Assembly: GCA_011390345.1 (NCBI GenBank)
Contig: JAABSP010000022.1
Span: 6,206-70,205 of the forward strand
Source: Desulfobacteraceae bacterium
GTDB lineage: Bacteria; Desulfobacterota; Desulfobacteria; Desulfobacterales; JAABSP01
Length of the DNA stretch: 64,000 nucleotides
Direction of reading: 5' to 3'
Within the stretch, counting starts at the first letter, position 1. The number at the start of each line of letters is the position of its first letter. Under the pieces are notes generated by a model. The model was not told where the DNA came from. It saw only the letters and a list, made by a program, of their open reading frames with translations, and did not search any database. A program made the translations under genes and the position numbers. Positions 1 to 9,605 of this stretch are shown here, piece by piece.

Positions 1-957
<957 letters not shown>

Positions 958-1093
958 TTAAAAAGGCTTCGCCGCCCGGCATTGCAGCGAAAAATCACAC
1001 TGAATGAAATTCATTAGACTATTTCAATCTTTTGGATTTGTAAAGGAAAAAATGAAATTCTTCGTTCGGATACCGCGTCGGGGTCTTTGGATT

Positions 1094-1342
1094 TCAATCC
1101 AAGAGAGAAGAAGTCTTCCTTGATTTTCCCCTGGTGCCGGGCCATCCGATCTTTCGCGCCAAGGGCTCATCTCTTCTTTCGGCAATCGCCGCAAGATCTT
1201 CAAGATCTTCGATCAGTTCCTGAAAATCCGATATTGAAAGAATCACAGCCTTTTTGTTGCCGTTTTCATCTGTTATGTAATCGGGATGCAAATCATCTAA
1301 ATCCAACATTTCGATAACTTGATCGTTATAGATTTCAAGCAA
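1094..1342 (-). CDS. Small antitoxin-like protein (Phd/YefM- or RelB-like core)
   Basis: The core …DYITDENGNKKAVILSISDFQELIEDLEDLAAIAERRDEP resembles type II antitoxin N-domains. It overlaps the upstream HicB-like gene by 8 nt. The C-terminal 20 aa look atypical, and an alternative start exists at Met12 (1309). Confidence 0.45.
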   Translation of the reverse strand: MLEIYNDQVIEMLDLDDLHPDYITDENGNKKAVILSISDFQELIEDLEDLAAIAERRDEPLARKIGWPGTRGKSRKTSSLLD

Positions 1343-1553
1343 TTTGATAAATCACAGGCCGATAATGGGCTTCCGGAATCTGTTTTCCATTGGCCTTAGC
1401 CGCTTCCAGCCATGCTTCCTTTGCTTTCAACACTTCAAGCAATGCCGTCTCCGGAGATTCTCCAAACGCAGAACAGTACTTCAGATCTGGAATATCCGCG
1501 ATATATCCTTCATCTTCTTCGCTGTAAAAAATATTGATATGATAATTTTTCAT
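1335..1553 (-). CDS. HicB-family (UPF0150) antitoxin-like protein
   Basis: MKNYHINIFYSEEDEGYIADIPDLKYCSAFGESPETALLEVLKAKEAWLEAAKANGKQIPEA matches the HicB N-domain pattern. I trimmed the ORF 1335..1655 to the internal ATG at 1553. Confidence 0.6.
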   Translation of the reverse strand: MKNYHINIFYSEEDEGYIADIPDLKYCSAFGESPETALLEVLKAKEAWLEAAKANGKQIPEAHYRPVIYQIA

Positions 1554-1749
1554 AATATGCAATGGTATAAAATTATGGCACTTTGTCAAGAAATAGATTT
1601 GTAAGAAAATTTCTGACAACAAGATCAGAAATCGTCTAATTGACGAAGATTCCAAAAGCCGATACCCTCCGAATCAGCATCAGAGATTGTAATCAGTTCC
1701 AGTAACCCGAAACACAGACCGAAAACCCAAAACAGCAAAAGGAGATGGA

Positions 1750-2700
1750 ATGAGAAAACTCGTTCTAACAGCAACACTGGCGATCTTCATGGCATTTCCC
1801 CTGACCGCGACGGCAAAGATGTACAAGTTCTCCGGAGGCCCCTCGGGCGGAACTTTCCAGTATTATGCCAGCGCGATCGCAACCCTTTCCAAGAAAAAGG
1901 TCGAGGGCATCAAGGTTCTGGCAAGCTCTTCGGGCGGCTCCATCGAGAACATCCGGCTGGCCAACACCGGCAAAGCCAACTTTGCGGTTGCCTATTCGGG
2001 CCATGTCTTTCAGGCCAGAAACGGCAAACTGAAAAACGATGACCGGAAGTACGAAGATGTCATGGCGATGGCCTACTTCTACGGCGCACCCGCTCAGCTC
2101 GTTGTCCGGGCCAAGTCCGGGATCACCAAGACCAAGGAGCTGGCTGGAAAGCGTGTCGGCGTCGGCAATGCCGGTTCCGGGGCTGCGGCCAACTGCGAAC
2201 TCTTCTTCACCGAGATGGGGATATGGGATGATGTCGAGGCCAACTTTCTCGGCTACCGACAGGCCGCGGACGCTTTCAAGAACAAGCAGCTCGACGCGTT
2301 CTGGGTCTTCGTCGGTTTTCCCAATGCTTCGGTGATCGAGGCCGCACTCCAAAACGACATCGCGCTCATCGACACCTATAAGGATGCCGAAGAGATCAAC
2401 CTCTTCGAGAAATACCCCTACTTCGAGAAGGTCGTGATCCCGGCCGGCACCTACAAGGGTGTGGAGGAACCCACACACACTTTCCAGGATTCCGCGCTCT
2501 GGGTCGCAAACGCCAAAGTTTCCGCAGACGATGTCTATAAGCTGCTGGATGCGGTCTTCAGCCCCGAAGGACTGGAGTATATGATAAGCGTACATAAGTC
2601 GGCAAAGGCCATGAGCATCGAGGAGGGAACCAAGGGGATCAAGACCCCGCTCCATCCGGGTGCTGAGAAGTTCTGGAAGGAAAAAGGGGTGATAGAGTAA
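1750..2700 (+). CDS. TAXI-family TRAP-type solute-binding protein (lipoprotein/secreted)
   Basis: It has a signal peptide (MRKLVLTATLAIFMAFPLTATA), the motif SGGPSGGTFQYYASAIA and a C-terminal …PLHPGAEKFWKEKG typical of TAXI receptors. No TRAP membrane subunit lies next to it. Confidence 0.85.
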   Translation: MRKLVLTATLAIFMAFPLTATAKMYKFSGGPSGGTFQYYASAIATLSKKKVEGIKVLASSSGGSIENIRLANTGKANFAVAYSGHVFQARNGKLKNDDRKYEDVMAMAYFYGAPAQLVVRAKSGITKTKELAGKRVGVGNAGSGAAANCELFFTEMGIWDDVEANFLGYRQAADAFKNKQLDAFWVFVGFPNASVIEAALQNDIALIDTYKDAEEINLFEKYPYFEKVVIPAGTYKGVEEPTHTFQDSALWVANAKVSADDVYKLLDAVFSPEGLEYMISVHKSAKAMSIEEGTKGIKTPLHPGAEKFWKEKGVIE

Positions 2701-2787
2701 ATTATACCCCATCTTTCTGCTGTACAAGTCGAATAATCACTGGCTGCTGACATCGTCAAGGCCATGATCCTGATGATCTGAAAAAAG

Positions 2788-2819
2788 CACGCCCGGAGAG
2801 ATTTCTCCGGGCGTGTTTC
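2788..2819 (+). terminator. Rho-independent terminator hairpin, possibly bidirectional
   Basis: cacgcccggaga-gatt-tctccgggcgtg forms a perfect 12-bp stem. An A-run precedes it and tttca follows it. Confidence 0.6.
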
Positions 2820-2831
2820 ATATGGGCGATT

Positions 2832-5303
2832 ATGAAACTCCGATTCATTCTGCTGATTCTCTCCCTGCTTGCCTTCGGGTCCGCTGCGGCCGGCGGCTTT
2901 CTCTATTATACCGCGCTACAGGAGGCTGCGGTCAATGAGGCCGAGGTGCAGGCCGTCTCCCGGGTGGAGATGATCCAGAAGAACCTTACCTCCTTTCTTT
3001 CGGAAAATCTCCGGCCCGTGAGGGCTCTGGCCGGGATGTCCGATCTGCGGGATGCCCTTCTCCACCCGGATACCCGCAACCTTGCCGAGGCCAACCTCCT
3101 GCTGGACCATTTCAACTATACCCTCGGCACCGATGTCTGCTATCTCATGGATAGGGAGGGAAACACCGTGGCCGCGAGCAACCGGCTCACCCCGGAGAGC
3201 TTTGTCGGGTACAATTTCAACTTCCGGCCCTATTTCCGACAGGCGATCCACGGGGTTCCGGCAACCTATATGGCCGTCGGCTCCACCTCGGGAAAGCGGG
3301 GGGTCTATTCCAGCTATCCGGTCTACGGACCCGACCGGGATCATCCCATCGGCGTGGCCGTGATCAAAGCCTCCATCGATCGCATCGAAAAAGAGATCGT
3401 CACCCATGAGGGAGAGATCGTTCTGGTAACTTCCCCGGAAGGGGTGATCTTCATCTCCAGCAGAGAGGATTGGCGGTTTCAACTGATCCGGCGGATCAAT
3501 TCCGATGCGGTTGCCGGAATCGCGGCATCCCTCCAGTTTGGCCAGGGCCCCTGGGAGTGGGTGGGGCTTATCATCGAACATGACGGGACCGCGGTGGACC
3601 GACAGAGGAACCGGTATCAGATTCATCAAGCCGCTATTCCCAATGATCCGGGCTGGCAGGTGGTGCATCTGAGAAGCCTCAAGGTGATCTCCGGCAGGAT
3701 TACAGGGCCGTTGATCCGGGTTTCGGGGCTGATCGTCCTTTTTTTGTGCGCGATCATCGGCCTTGCGGTCTTTTTCCTCTACCGGAAGGCGAGCCGGGAG
3801 ATCCTGCGCCGCAGATCCGTGGAAAAGGCGCTTCGGGAGAGCGATGAGCGGTATCGGGCCATCTACAACAACACCCCGGCCATGCTCCACTCGGTGGACC
3901 GGCGCGCGCGGCTGGTGAGCGTGAGCGATCACTGGCTCTCGGTACTCGGCTATGGACGGGAAGAGGTTATCGGACGGCCTCTGGCCGATTTTCTCACCCC
4001 GCCTTCCGCAAGATTTCTGGAGGAGACGGTGATGCCGGCCTTTCTCCGGGACGGCTTCTGCACCGATATTCCGTACAGGTATGTCAAAAAGGACGGGGGC
4101 GTCGTGGATGTGCTTCTTTCCGCGATCGGGGAGCGGGACGAATCAGGACGGGTGATCCGGTCCCTGGCCGTTTCCATCGATATGACCGATCGGAACCGGG
4201 CCGAAGATGCCCTTAAATCGGCCAAGGAGGAGCTGAGCCGCTATTCGCGGGATCTGGAGCGTCAGGTGCGGGTCCGGACCGAGGAGATCTCGGGGATCCT
4301 GAGCTATACGCCGGATGTGATCTACATCAAGGACCGGGAGGGCCGGTATCTTATGGTCAACCCCCGGTTTGCCGAGATTTTCGGGGTCCGGAGAGAGGAG
4401 ATCCGGGGAAAGCAGGACATCGAGGTGCTGCCGGATGCCGTAGCCCATCAGTTTCGGAAGAGCGATGCAAAGGCACTCGCGGAGCAGCGGCCCCAGCAGA
4501 CAGAGGAGCGGATTCCCCATGATGACGGGGTGCATACCTATCTGGCGGTCAAGTTTCCCATCTACGACGGCGCGGGAGAGACCAGCGCGGTGGGCGGCAT
4601 CCTGACGGATATCACCGCGGCCAAAAAGGCGAGAGACCAGCTCAGAAGGCTGTCGGCCGGTATCATGGAGGGGCAGGAGAAGGAGCGGGCCGCGATCGCC
4701 AGGGAACTGCACGATCAGCTCGGCCAGATTCTGACGGCCCTGCGGATGGAGGGGGTCTGGCTGGCCAACAGGTTGAAGGAGGCTGATCCGCCGGCCGCGG
4801 ACCGGGCACGAGCCTTGTGCGATCTGATTGATACCTCCATCGAGGAGGTGCGGGGGATGGCTCACCGGCTGCGGCCCAATGTCCTGGATGATCTGGGGCT
4901 GGTCGATGCGCTGGACTGGTTTGTAAACGATTTCGAGCGGCGCACCGGGATTCCCTGTCGCTTTGAGCATGTCAAAGTTCAGGAACTGGATGATCCGCTG
5001 TCGACTGCGGCATATCGGATTGTTCAGGAGTCTTTGACCAATGTGCTGCGCCACTCCTTTGCAAATGAAGTCGATGTTACGCTGGATCTGCAGGAGGGGG
5101 TGCTGATGCTGACAGTGAGCGATAATGGGCGGGGGTTCAACACCTTGGACTTGACAGAGTCGGAAGGGCTGGGGATTGCAGGAATGCGGGAACGGGCGGG
5201 TCTGGTTGGTGGTGTGCTGGAGGTCTGCTCTTCGCCGGATATGGGGACCCAGGTCTTTTTACGGGCGCCGGTCAATGGAAAGCGGAAGGGGGCGGTGAGT
5301 TGA
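2832..5303 (+). CDS. Membrane sensor histidine kinase (periplasmic Cache-like domain, PAS domains, HisKA_3 and HATPase; NarX/LiaS class)
   Basis: An N-terminal TM helix and a second TM (LIVLFLCAIIGLAVFFLY) flank a sensing domain of about 280 aa. PAS regions follow. The H-box ERAAIARELHDQLGQILTAL is HisKA_3 type, and the G-boxes are DNGRGF and GLGIAGMRERA. Confidence 0.85.
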   Translation: MKLRFILLILSLLAFGSAAAGGFLYYTALQEAAVNEAEVQAVSRVEMIQKNLTSFLSENLRPVRALAGMSDLRDALLHPDTRNLAEANLLLDHFNYTLGTDVCYLMDREGNTVAASNRLTPESFVGYNFNFRPYFRQAIHGVPATYMAVGSTSGKRGVYSSYPVYGPDRDHPIGVAVIKASIDRIEKEIVTHEGEIVLVTSPEGVIFISSREDWRFQLIRRINSDAVAGIAASLQFGQGPWEWVGLIIEHDGTAVDRQRNRYQIHQAAIPNDPGWQVVHLRSLKVISGRITGPLIRVSGLIVLFLCAIIGLAVFFLYRKASREILRRRSVEKALRESDERYRAIYNNTPAMLHSVDRRARLVSVSDHWLSVLGYGREEVIGRPLADFLTPPSARFLEETVMPAFLRDGFCTDIPYRYVKKDGGVVDVLLSAIGERDESGRVIRSLAVSIDMTDRNRAEDALKSAKEELSRYSRDLERQVRVRTEEISGILSYTPDVIYIKDREGRYLMVNPRFAEIFGVRREEIRGKQDIEVLPDAVAHQFRKSDAKALAEQRPQQTEERIPHDDGVHTYLAVKFPIYDGAGETSAVGGILTDITAAKKARDQLRRLSAGIMEGQEKERAAIARELHDQLGQILTALRMEGVWLANRLKEADPPAADRARALCDLIDTSIEEVRGMAHRLRPNVLDDLGLVDALDWFVNDFERRTGIPCRFEHVKVQELDDPLSTAAYRIVQESLTNVLRHSFANEVDVTLDLQEGVLMLTVSDNGRGFNTLDLTESEGLGIAGMRERAGLVGGVLEVCSSPDMGTQVFLRAPVNGKRKGAVS

Positions 5304-5395
5304 TTAGGGGGGCTTAAAAAGGACCAAAGGGACATAAATGACCGGGAAAGGACCGGGAGGAGAGGAATGCCTTGCCCAGTCCTTTGGAAGGTCGA

Positions 5396-7051
5396 TTAAA
5401 CATATTCCTGGTAGATTGGCTCCCACATCAGAGAGCGAAGATGGCTTTTCATGTCTTTGGGGAGGTCGCTCTTGGCCAGCCCCCTTTCATGGGCCAGTTG
5501 TGCCACCGCAGATGCGATCTCGGCTGATATCTCCCGAATCCGGTTGAGCCTCGGATAGAGGCTTCCGGTTGACAGCTCCGCATCGGTCACCTGCTGCGCC
5601 AGCACCCGGGCGGCTGTCAGAAACATCTCGTCGGTTACACGGGCGGCCTTGCTTCCGGCAACTCCCAGTCCGATGCCGGGAAAAATGTAGGCATTGTTTC
5701 CCTGGCCCGGGGTGAAGGTTCTGCCGTTCATCTTCACCGGGCCAAAGGGGCTGCCGCTGGCAAAGATCGCACGGCCTTCGGTCCCTTTGTAGGCCGCTTC
5801 TGCTGTACACTCCGCATTGTCGGTGGGGTTGGAGAGGGCAAAGATGATCGGGCTCTTATTGATCTTTCCCATCTCCTGAATAATCTCGGATGTAAAGGCG
5901 TTCTGCTGGCCCGAAACGCCGATGATGACACCGGGCTTTAAAGCCTTTACCGCAGAGAGGAGATCCGGCAGGTACTCATGGTCGTGTGCATAGGGCAGTT
6001 TGTGCTCCGCGAGATTTTCCCGGCGGCTGCAGACCAGCCCTTTGGAATCGATGAACCAGAGGCGCTGTCGGGCCTCCGAAGCCGAGATGCCCTCGTCTGC
6101 CATGGCCGAAACGATTAGATTGCCGATGCCGGCCCCGGCCTCTCCCGCGCCCAGAAAGAGGATCTTCTGATCCTTCAGTTTTCCGCGGGTGACCCGCATG
6201 GCCGAAAAAAGGCCGGCCAGGGCAACCGCAGCGGTTCCCTGGATGTCGTCGTTGAAGGTGCATATCCGGTCCTTGTATCGGTTCAGCAGCCGAAAGGCAT
6301 TTGTGTTTCCGAAATCCTCGAACTGGATCAGGCAGCGGGGGAAATTGTCCCCTACCGCGACGATGAATTCCTCCAGCAGTTCATCATAGGCATCTCCGCG
6401 GATCCGTTCGTGCTGTAAGCCGAAATAGAGCGGATCTTTCTGCAGGGCGGTGTTGTTCGTTCCCACATCGATGGTGACGGGAAGGCACCAGGAGGGATGA
6501 ATTCCGGCACAGGCCGTATAGAGGACCAGCTTTCCGATGGGAATCCCCATGCCGGCCACGCCGAGATCCCCCAGCCCAAGAATCCGCTCCCCGTCCGTGA
6601 CCACGATGACCCGGACGTTCCGGTTGGGCCAGTTCCGGAGGTTGTCCCTGAAATGCCCCTTGTTCGTTGCGGAGATGAAGATGCCGCTGGGCCGGCGATA
6701 GATGTGGACATACTCCTGGCACGCCTTTCCCACGGTCGGAGTATAGAGGATCGGCATCATCTCCTCCAGGTTTTCCAGAAGAACCCGATAGAAGAGGGTC
6801 CGGTTCCGGTCCTTCAGGGCCGCCAGAAAGATGTACCGCTCGATGTCCGATGTCTTTCTCCCGTAGTTGCCCAGCACCCGCCGGACCTGCTCCTCCATTG
6901 TGTTGACCCGGGGCGGCAGCAGACCCCGAAGGCCGTATGCGATCCGCTCGGCTTCGGTAAACGCGGTCCCCTTGTTGAGGCCGGGATCGTTGATCAGTTG
7001 AAGGCCCGTGGGCAGGCCCACGTTATAGGCGATGTTCGTGGCTTCATTCAT
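5396..7051 (-). CDS. maeA: NAD(P)-dependent malic enzyme
   Basis: MNEATNIAYNVGLPTGLQLINDPGLNKGTAFTEAER…VVTDGERILGLGDLG…FNDDIQGTAAV…LFLGAGEAGAGIG… are classic malic enzyme motifs. I trimmed the ORF 5396..7333 to the ATG at 7051. Confidence 0.9.
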   Translation of the reverse strand: MNEATNIAYNVGLPTGLQLINDPGLNKGTAFTEAERIAYGLRGLLPPRVNTMEEQVRRVLGNYGRKTSDIERYIFLAALKDRNRTLFYRVLLENLEEMMPILYTPTVGKACQEYVHIYRRPSGIFISATNKGHFRDNLRNWPNRNVRVIVVTDGERILGLGDLGVAGMGIPIGKLVLYTACAGIHPSWCLPVTIDVGTNNTALQKDPLYFGLQHERIRGDAYDELLEEFIVAVGDNFPRCLIQFEDFGNTNAFRLLNRYKDRICTFNDDIQGTAAVALAGLFSAMRVTRGKLKDQKILFLGAGEAGAGIGNLIVSAMADEGISASEARQRLWFIDSKGLVCSRRENLAEHKLPYAHDHEYLPDLLSAVKALKPGVIIGVSGQQNAFTSEIIQEMGKINKSPIIFALSNPTDNAECTAEAAYKGTEGRAIFASGSPFGPVKMNGRTFTPGQGNNAYIFPGIGLGVAGSKAARVTDEMFLTAARVLAQQVTDAELSTGSLYPRLNRIREISAEIASAVAQLAHERGLAKSDLPKDMKSHLRSLMWEPIYQEYV

Positions 7052-7201
7052 TCCTTCGGTTCTCCCTTTCAATTGGTGATTGGCGGAGGTATCTCTTTCT
7101 TTGAAAGAAAAAAGAGGTCCAAGGTATTGAATAGCCGGGCCCAATGGATCTGTAAATTCGTAAATTTCTGATTTTTCTGTAGGAAATTTTCTTACATCTC
7201 C

Positions 7202-7321
7202 CCGGATCTGCAGAAGGATCTGTTGATACCGGCGGTCCGCGATAGAGGGAGGGGGTTCGATTCTTCGGACTTGACAGAATCGGAAGGGTTGGGTATTGCG
7301 GGAATGCTGCTTTTTTTTTAA
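7202..7321 (+). pseudogene. Relic of a histidine-kinase 3' end (HATPase G2 region)
   Basis: It translates to PDLQKDLLIPAVRDRGRGFDSSDLTESEGLGIAGMLLFF*. It is collinear without gaps with 5082..5187 of the intact kinase (LDLQEGVLMLTVSDNGRGFNTLDLTESEGLGIAGMRERA). A second matching patch is 7337-7372 versus 5271-5303. Confidence 0.6.
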
Positions 7322-7371
7322 AGCGCAGATCATCAGATCAATGGAAAGGGAAAACGAAAGGGGGCTGTTGG

Positions 7372-8010
7372 ATGATCCGGGTGCTTCTGGCCGATGATCA
7401 CAGCATCGTGCGGGGGGGGCTTGTCCGCATCGTGGAGGAGAGCGGGGACATGACGGTTGCGGCCGAGGCTGCGGACGGCAGGGAGGCGATCCGGAAGGCC
7501 GGGGAGAGCCGCCCCGATGTCGCGGTCATCGACATCTCGATGCCGGGGCCCGATGGCCTTGAAGTGTTGAGCCAGCTCAGGGCCTATTATCCGGAAATCC
7601 CTGTGCTGATGCTCACCATGCATGGAGAGGAGCAGTATGTGGTCAAAGCGCTCGAGGCCGGCGCGATGGGGTACGTCACCAAGAAGGCCGCGCCCGAGCA
7701 GCTCGTTACGGCCATCCGCAAGGTTCATTCCGGGTCGAGATATCTCACCCCCGAAATTTCCGAGATGCTGGCAGACCGCTTGGCCCGGGGCGCGAAGGGC
7801 GGATCGCTTCTCGATACCCTCTCCGCAAGGGAGCTGCAGGTGTTAAAACTTTTGGCCCAGGGCAACACCAACCGGGAGATCGCCAGCATGTACAACATCA
7901 GCATCAAGACTGTGGACACCTACCGTTTTCGGCTGCTGAAGAAGCTGAATCTGCGGAACAACGCGGAAATATCCCGCTTTGCCATCCAGAATCGCCTGAT
8001 CGAAGCATAG
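7372..8010 (+). CDS. NarL/FixJ-family response regulator (REC plus LuxR-type HTH)
   Basis: MIRVLLADDHSIVRGGL…DVAVIDISMPGPDG… forms the receiver domain. LSARELQVLKLLAQGNTNREIASMYNISIKTVDTYR is the LuxR-type HTH. Confidence 0.9.
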   Translation: MIRVLLADDHSIVRGGLVRIVEESGDMTVAAEAADGREAIRKAGESRPDVAVIDISMPGPDGLEVLSQLRAYYPEIPVLMLTMHGEEQYVVKALEAGAMGYVTKKAAPEQLVTAIRKVHSGSRYLTPEISEMLADRLARGAKGGSLLDTLSARELQVLKLLAQGNTNREIASMYNISIKTVDTYRFRLLKKLNLRNNAEISRFAIQNRLIEA

Positions 8011-8045
8011 CCTGTTCTGATCCCCTACGACAACGGGAAAACGCC

Positions 8046-9536
8046 ATGAGTGAAGCAGATTGCCATTCCAATTTAGATTTCAGCCAGATCGACTTCCTGA
8101 CGATCCTTTCGGAACTGGACGAGGGCGTCATCATCACGGACGCGGACGGCCGGATTCGGTTCTACAACCGGGCACAGGCCGCAATCGACGGCCTTGAACC
8201 GGAGCAGGTGATCGGCAGGCACATCTCCGAGATCTACCGGCTCAACGAGAACAACAGCATGCTCCTCCGGTGCATCCGCAACCGCGCGGCCATCGTCAAC
8301 CAGCTCTTCTACTACCGCATCCGCAAAGGAAAGCTCCTTCACGCGATCCACAGCGTCTATCCTCTGGAGACGGAAGCCGCGGTCAAGGGCGCTATCTGCT
8401 TTATCCGCAACGGGGATGTGGTGGAAAAGATCATCAATGAATCGGCCGCGCTCATCGACGAGTGCAACATCAACCCGGAAAACGGCACAACCTTCAACTT
8501 CTCCGACATCATCGGCGGCTATCCGGAACTGCTCGAATGCTTGAACCGCGCCAGAAACGCCGCACGCACCAAATCCCCCATCATGATCTGCGGCGAGACC
8601 GGAACCGGCAAAGAGATGATCGCTCAGGCCATCCACAACTATGGCCCCCGCAGGCCCAAGCCCTTTGTCGCGGTCAACTGCGCGGCCATTCCCGACACCC
8701 TTCAGGAGAGCATCCTCTTCGGCACTGCAAAGGGCGCGTTTACGGGCGCAATGGACAAAAAGGGGCTATTTGAAGAGGCAAAGGGCGGCACCCTCTATCT
8801 CGACGAGATCGATTCCATGCCCAAAATCCTCCAAGCAAAGCTGCTGCGGGTCCTGCAGGAGAAGAAGATCCGCAGGATCGGCTCCTCCGGCGAAACCCCC
8901 ATCGATGTGCGGATCATCAGCTCTGTCAACAAACTCTACAAAAGCCCGATTCCCGAAGAAACCTTCCGAAGAGATCTCTTCTACCGGCTCAGCGTGGTCC
9001 GGCTGGAGATCCCGCCCCTGCGGATACGAAAGGCCGACATCGACGCGCTGGCCCGCCATTTCATCAACAAGAACAACTACGAGATGGATGCTCATGTGGA
9101 ATCGGTAGCGCCTGACGTGCTGGAGCTTTTTCTCACGGCAGACTGGCCCGGAAACATTCGGGAGCTGGCCCATGTGATCGAGGGAGCGATCAATGTCATG
9201 GGAGAGGCGCAGGTGATCGGGCACGAGCATCTTCCGGATTATTTCACAGGGGAAAGCGCTGTTGTATGGGGGAATGGGGCAGGGGAGCCCGAATCTCATT
9301 TTGAAAGGGGGGCATTGGAATCGGAGGAGGCCTATCCCGGGCCGGATATGGGAAATGGCGCAAGCCTTTCTTTTCTGCAGGCCGAAAGGGAGAAGGGGCT
9401 GATTCGGAATGCCATCGCAGAAGCCGGGGGAAATATCGCGCGCGCGGCCCGGGGGTTGAATATCTCCCGCCAATTGCTCCACTACAAGCTGAAGAAGTAC
9501 AGGATCGATCCGGCCGAGTTCAAAAAGAATTCCTGA
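8046..9536 (+). CDS. Sigma-54-dependent transcriptional activator (PAS, AAA+ and Fis-type HTH)
   Basis: Walker A is GETGTGKE. The GAFTGA motif sits in GTAKGAFTGAMDKKGLFE. The C-terminal HTH is ARAARGLNISRQLLHYKLKKY. Confidence 0.9.
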   Translation: MSEADCHSNLDFSQIDFLTILSELDEGVIITDADGRIRFYNRAQAAIDGLEPEQVIGRHISEIYRLNENNSMLLRCIRNRAAIVNQLFYYRIRKGKLLHAIHSVYPLETEAAVKGAICFIRNGDVVEKIINESAALIDECNINPENGTTFNFSDIIGGYPELLECLNRARNAARTKSPIMICGETGTGKEMIAQAIHNYGPRRPKPFVAVNCAAIPDTLQESILFGTAKGAFTGAMDKKGLFEEAKGGTLYLDEIDSMPKILQAKLLRVLQEKKIRRIGSSGETPIDVRIISSVNKLYKSPIPEETFRRDLFYRLSVVRLEIPPLRIRKADIDALARHFINKNNYEMDAHVESVAPDVLELFLTADWPGNIRELAHVIEGAINVMGEAQVIGHEHLPDYFTGESAVVWGNGAGEPESHFERGALESEEAYPGPDMGNGASLSFLQAEREKGLIRNAIAEAGGNIARAARGLNISRQLLHYKLKKYRIDPAEFKKNS

Positions 9537-9550
9537 TCCCAAAAGAGCCA

Positions 9551-9591
9551 GACCTCTTTTCCCGCCGGCAAAATCCCGGGGAAAAGAGGTC
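9551..9591. terminator. Hairpin between convergent genes (bidirectional terminator candidate)
   Basis: gacctcttttccc … ggggaaaagaggtc forms a 13-bp stem around a loop of about 14 nt. It lies between the stop codons at 9536 (+) and 9606 (-). Confidence 0.5.
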
Positions 9592-9605
9592 CGGATTCTT
9601 CCGGG

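Noticed and set aside
7052-7333. 94-codon N-terminal extension of the malic enzyme ORF
   Set aside because: Malic enzymes start close to the MNEAT…LNKGTAF region. The upstream part overlaps the kinase relic in antisense and has no supporting features.
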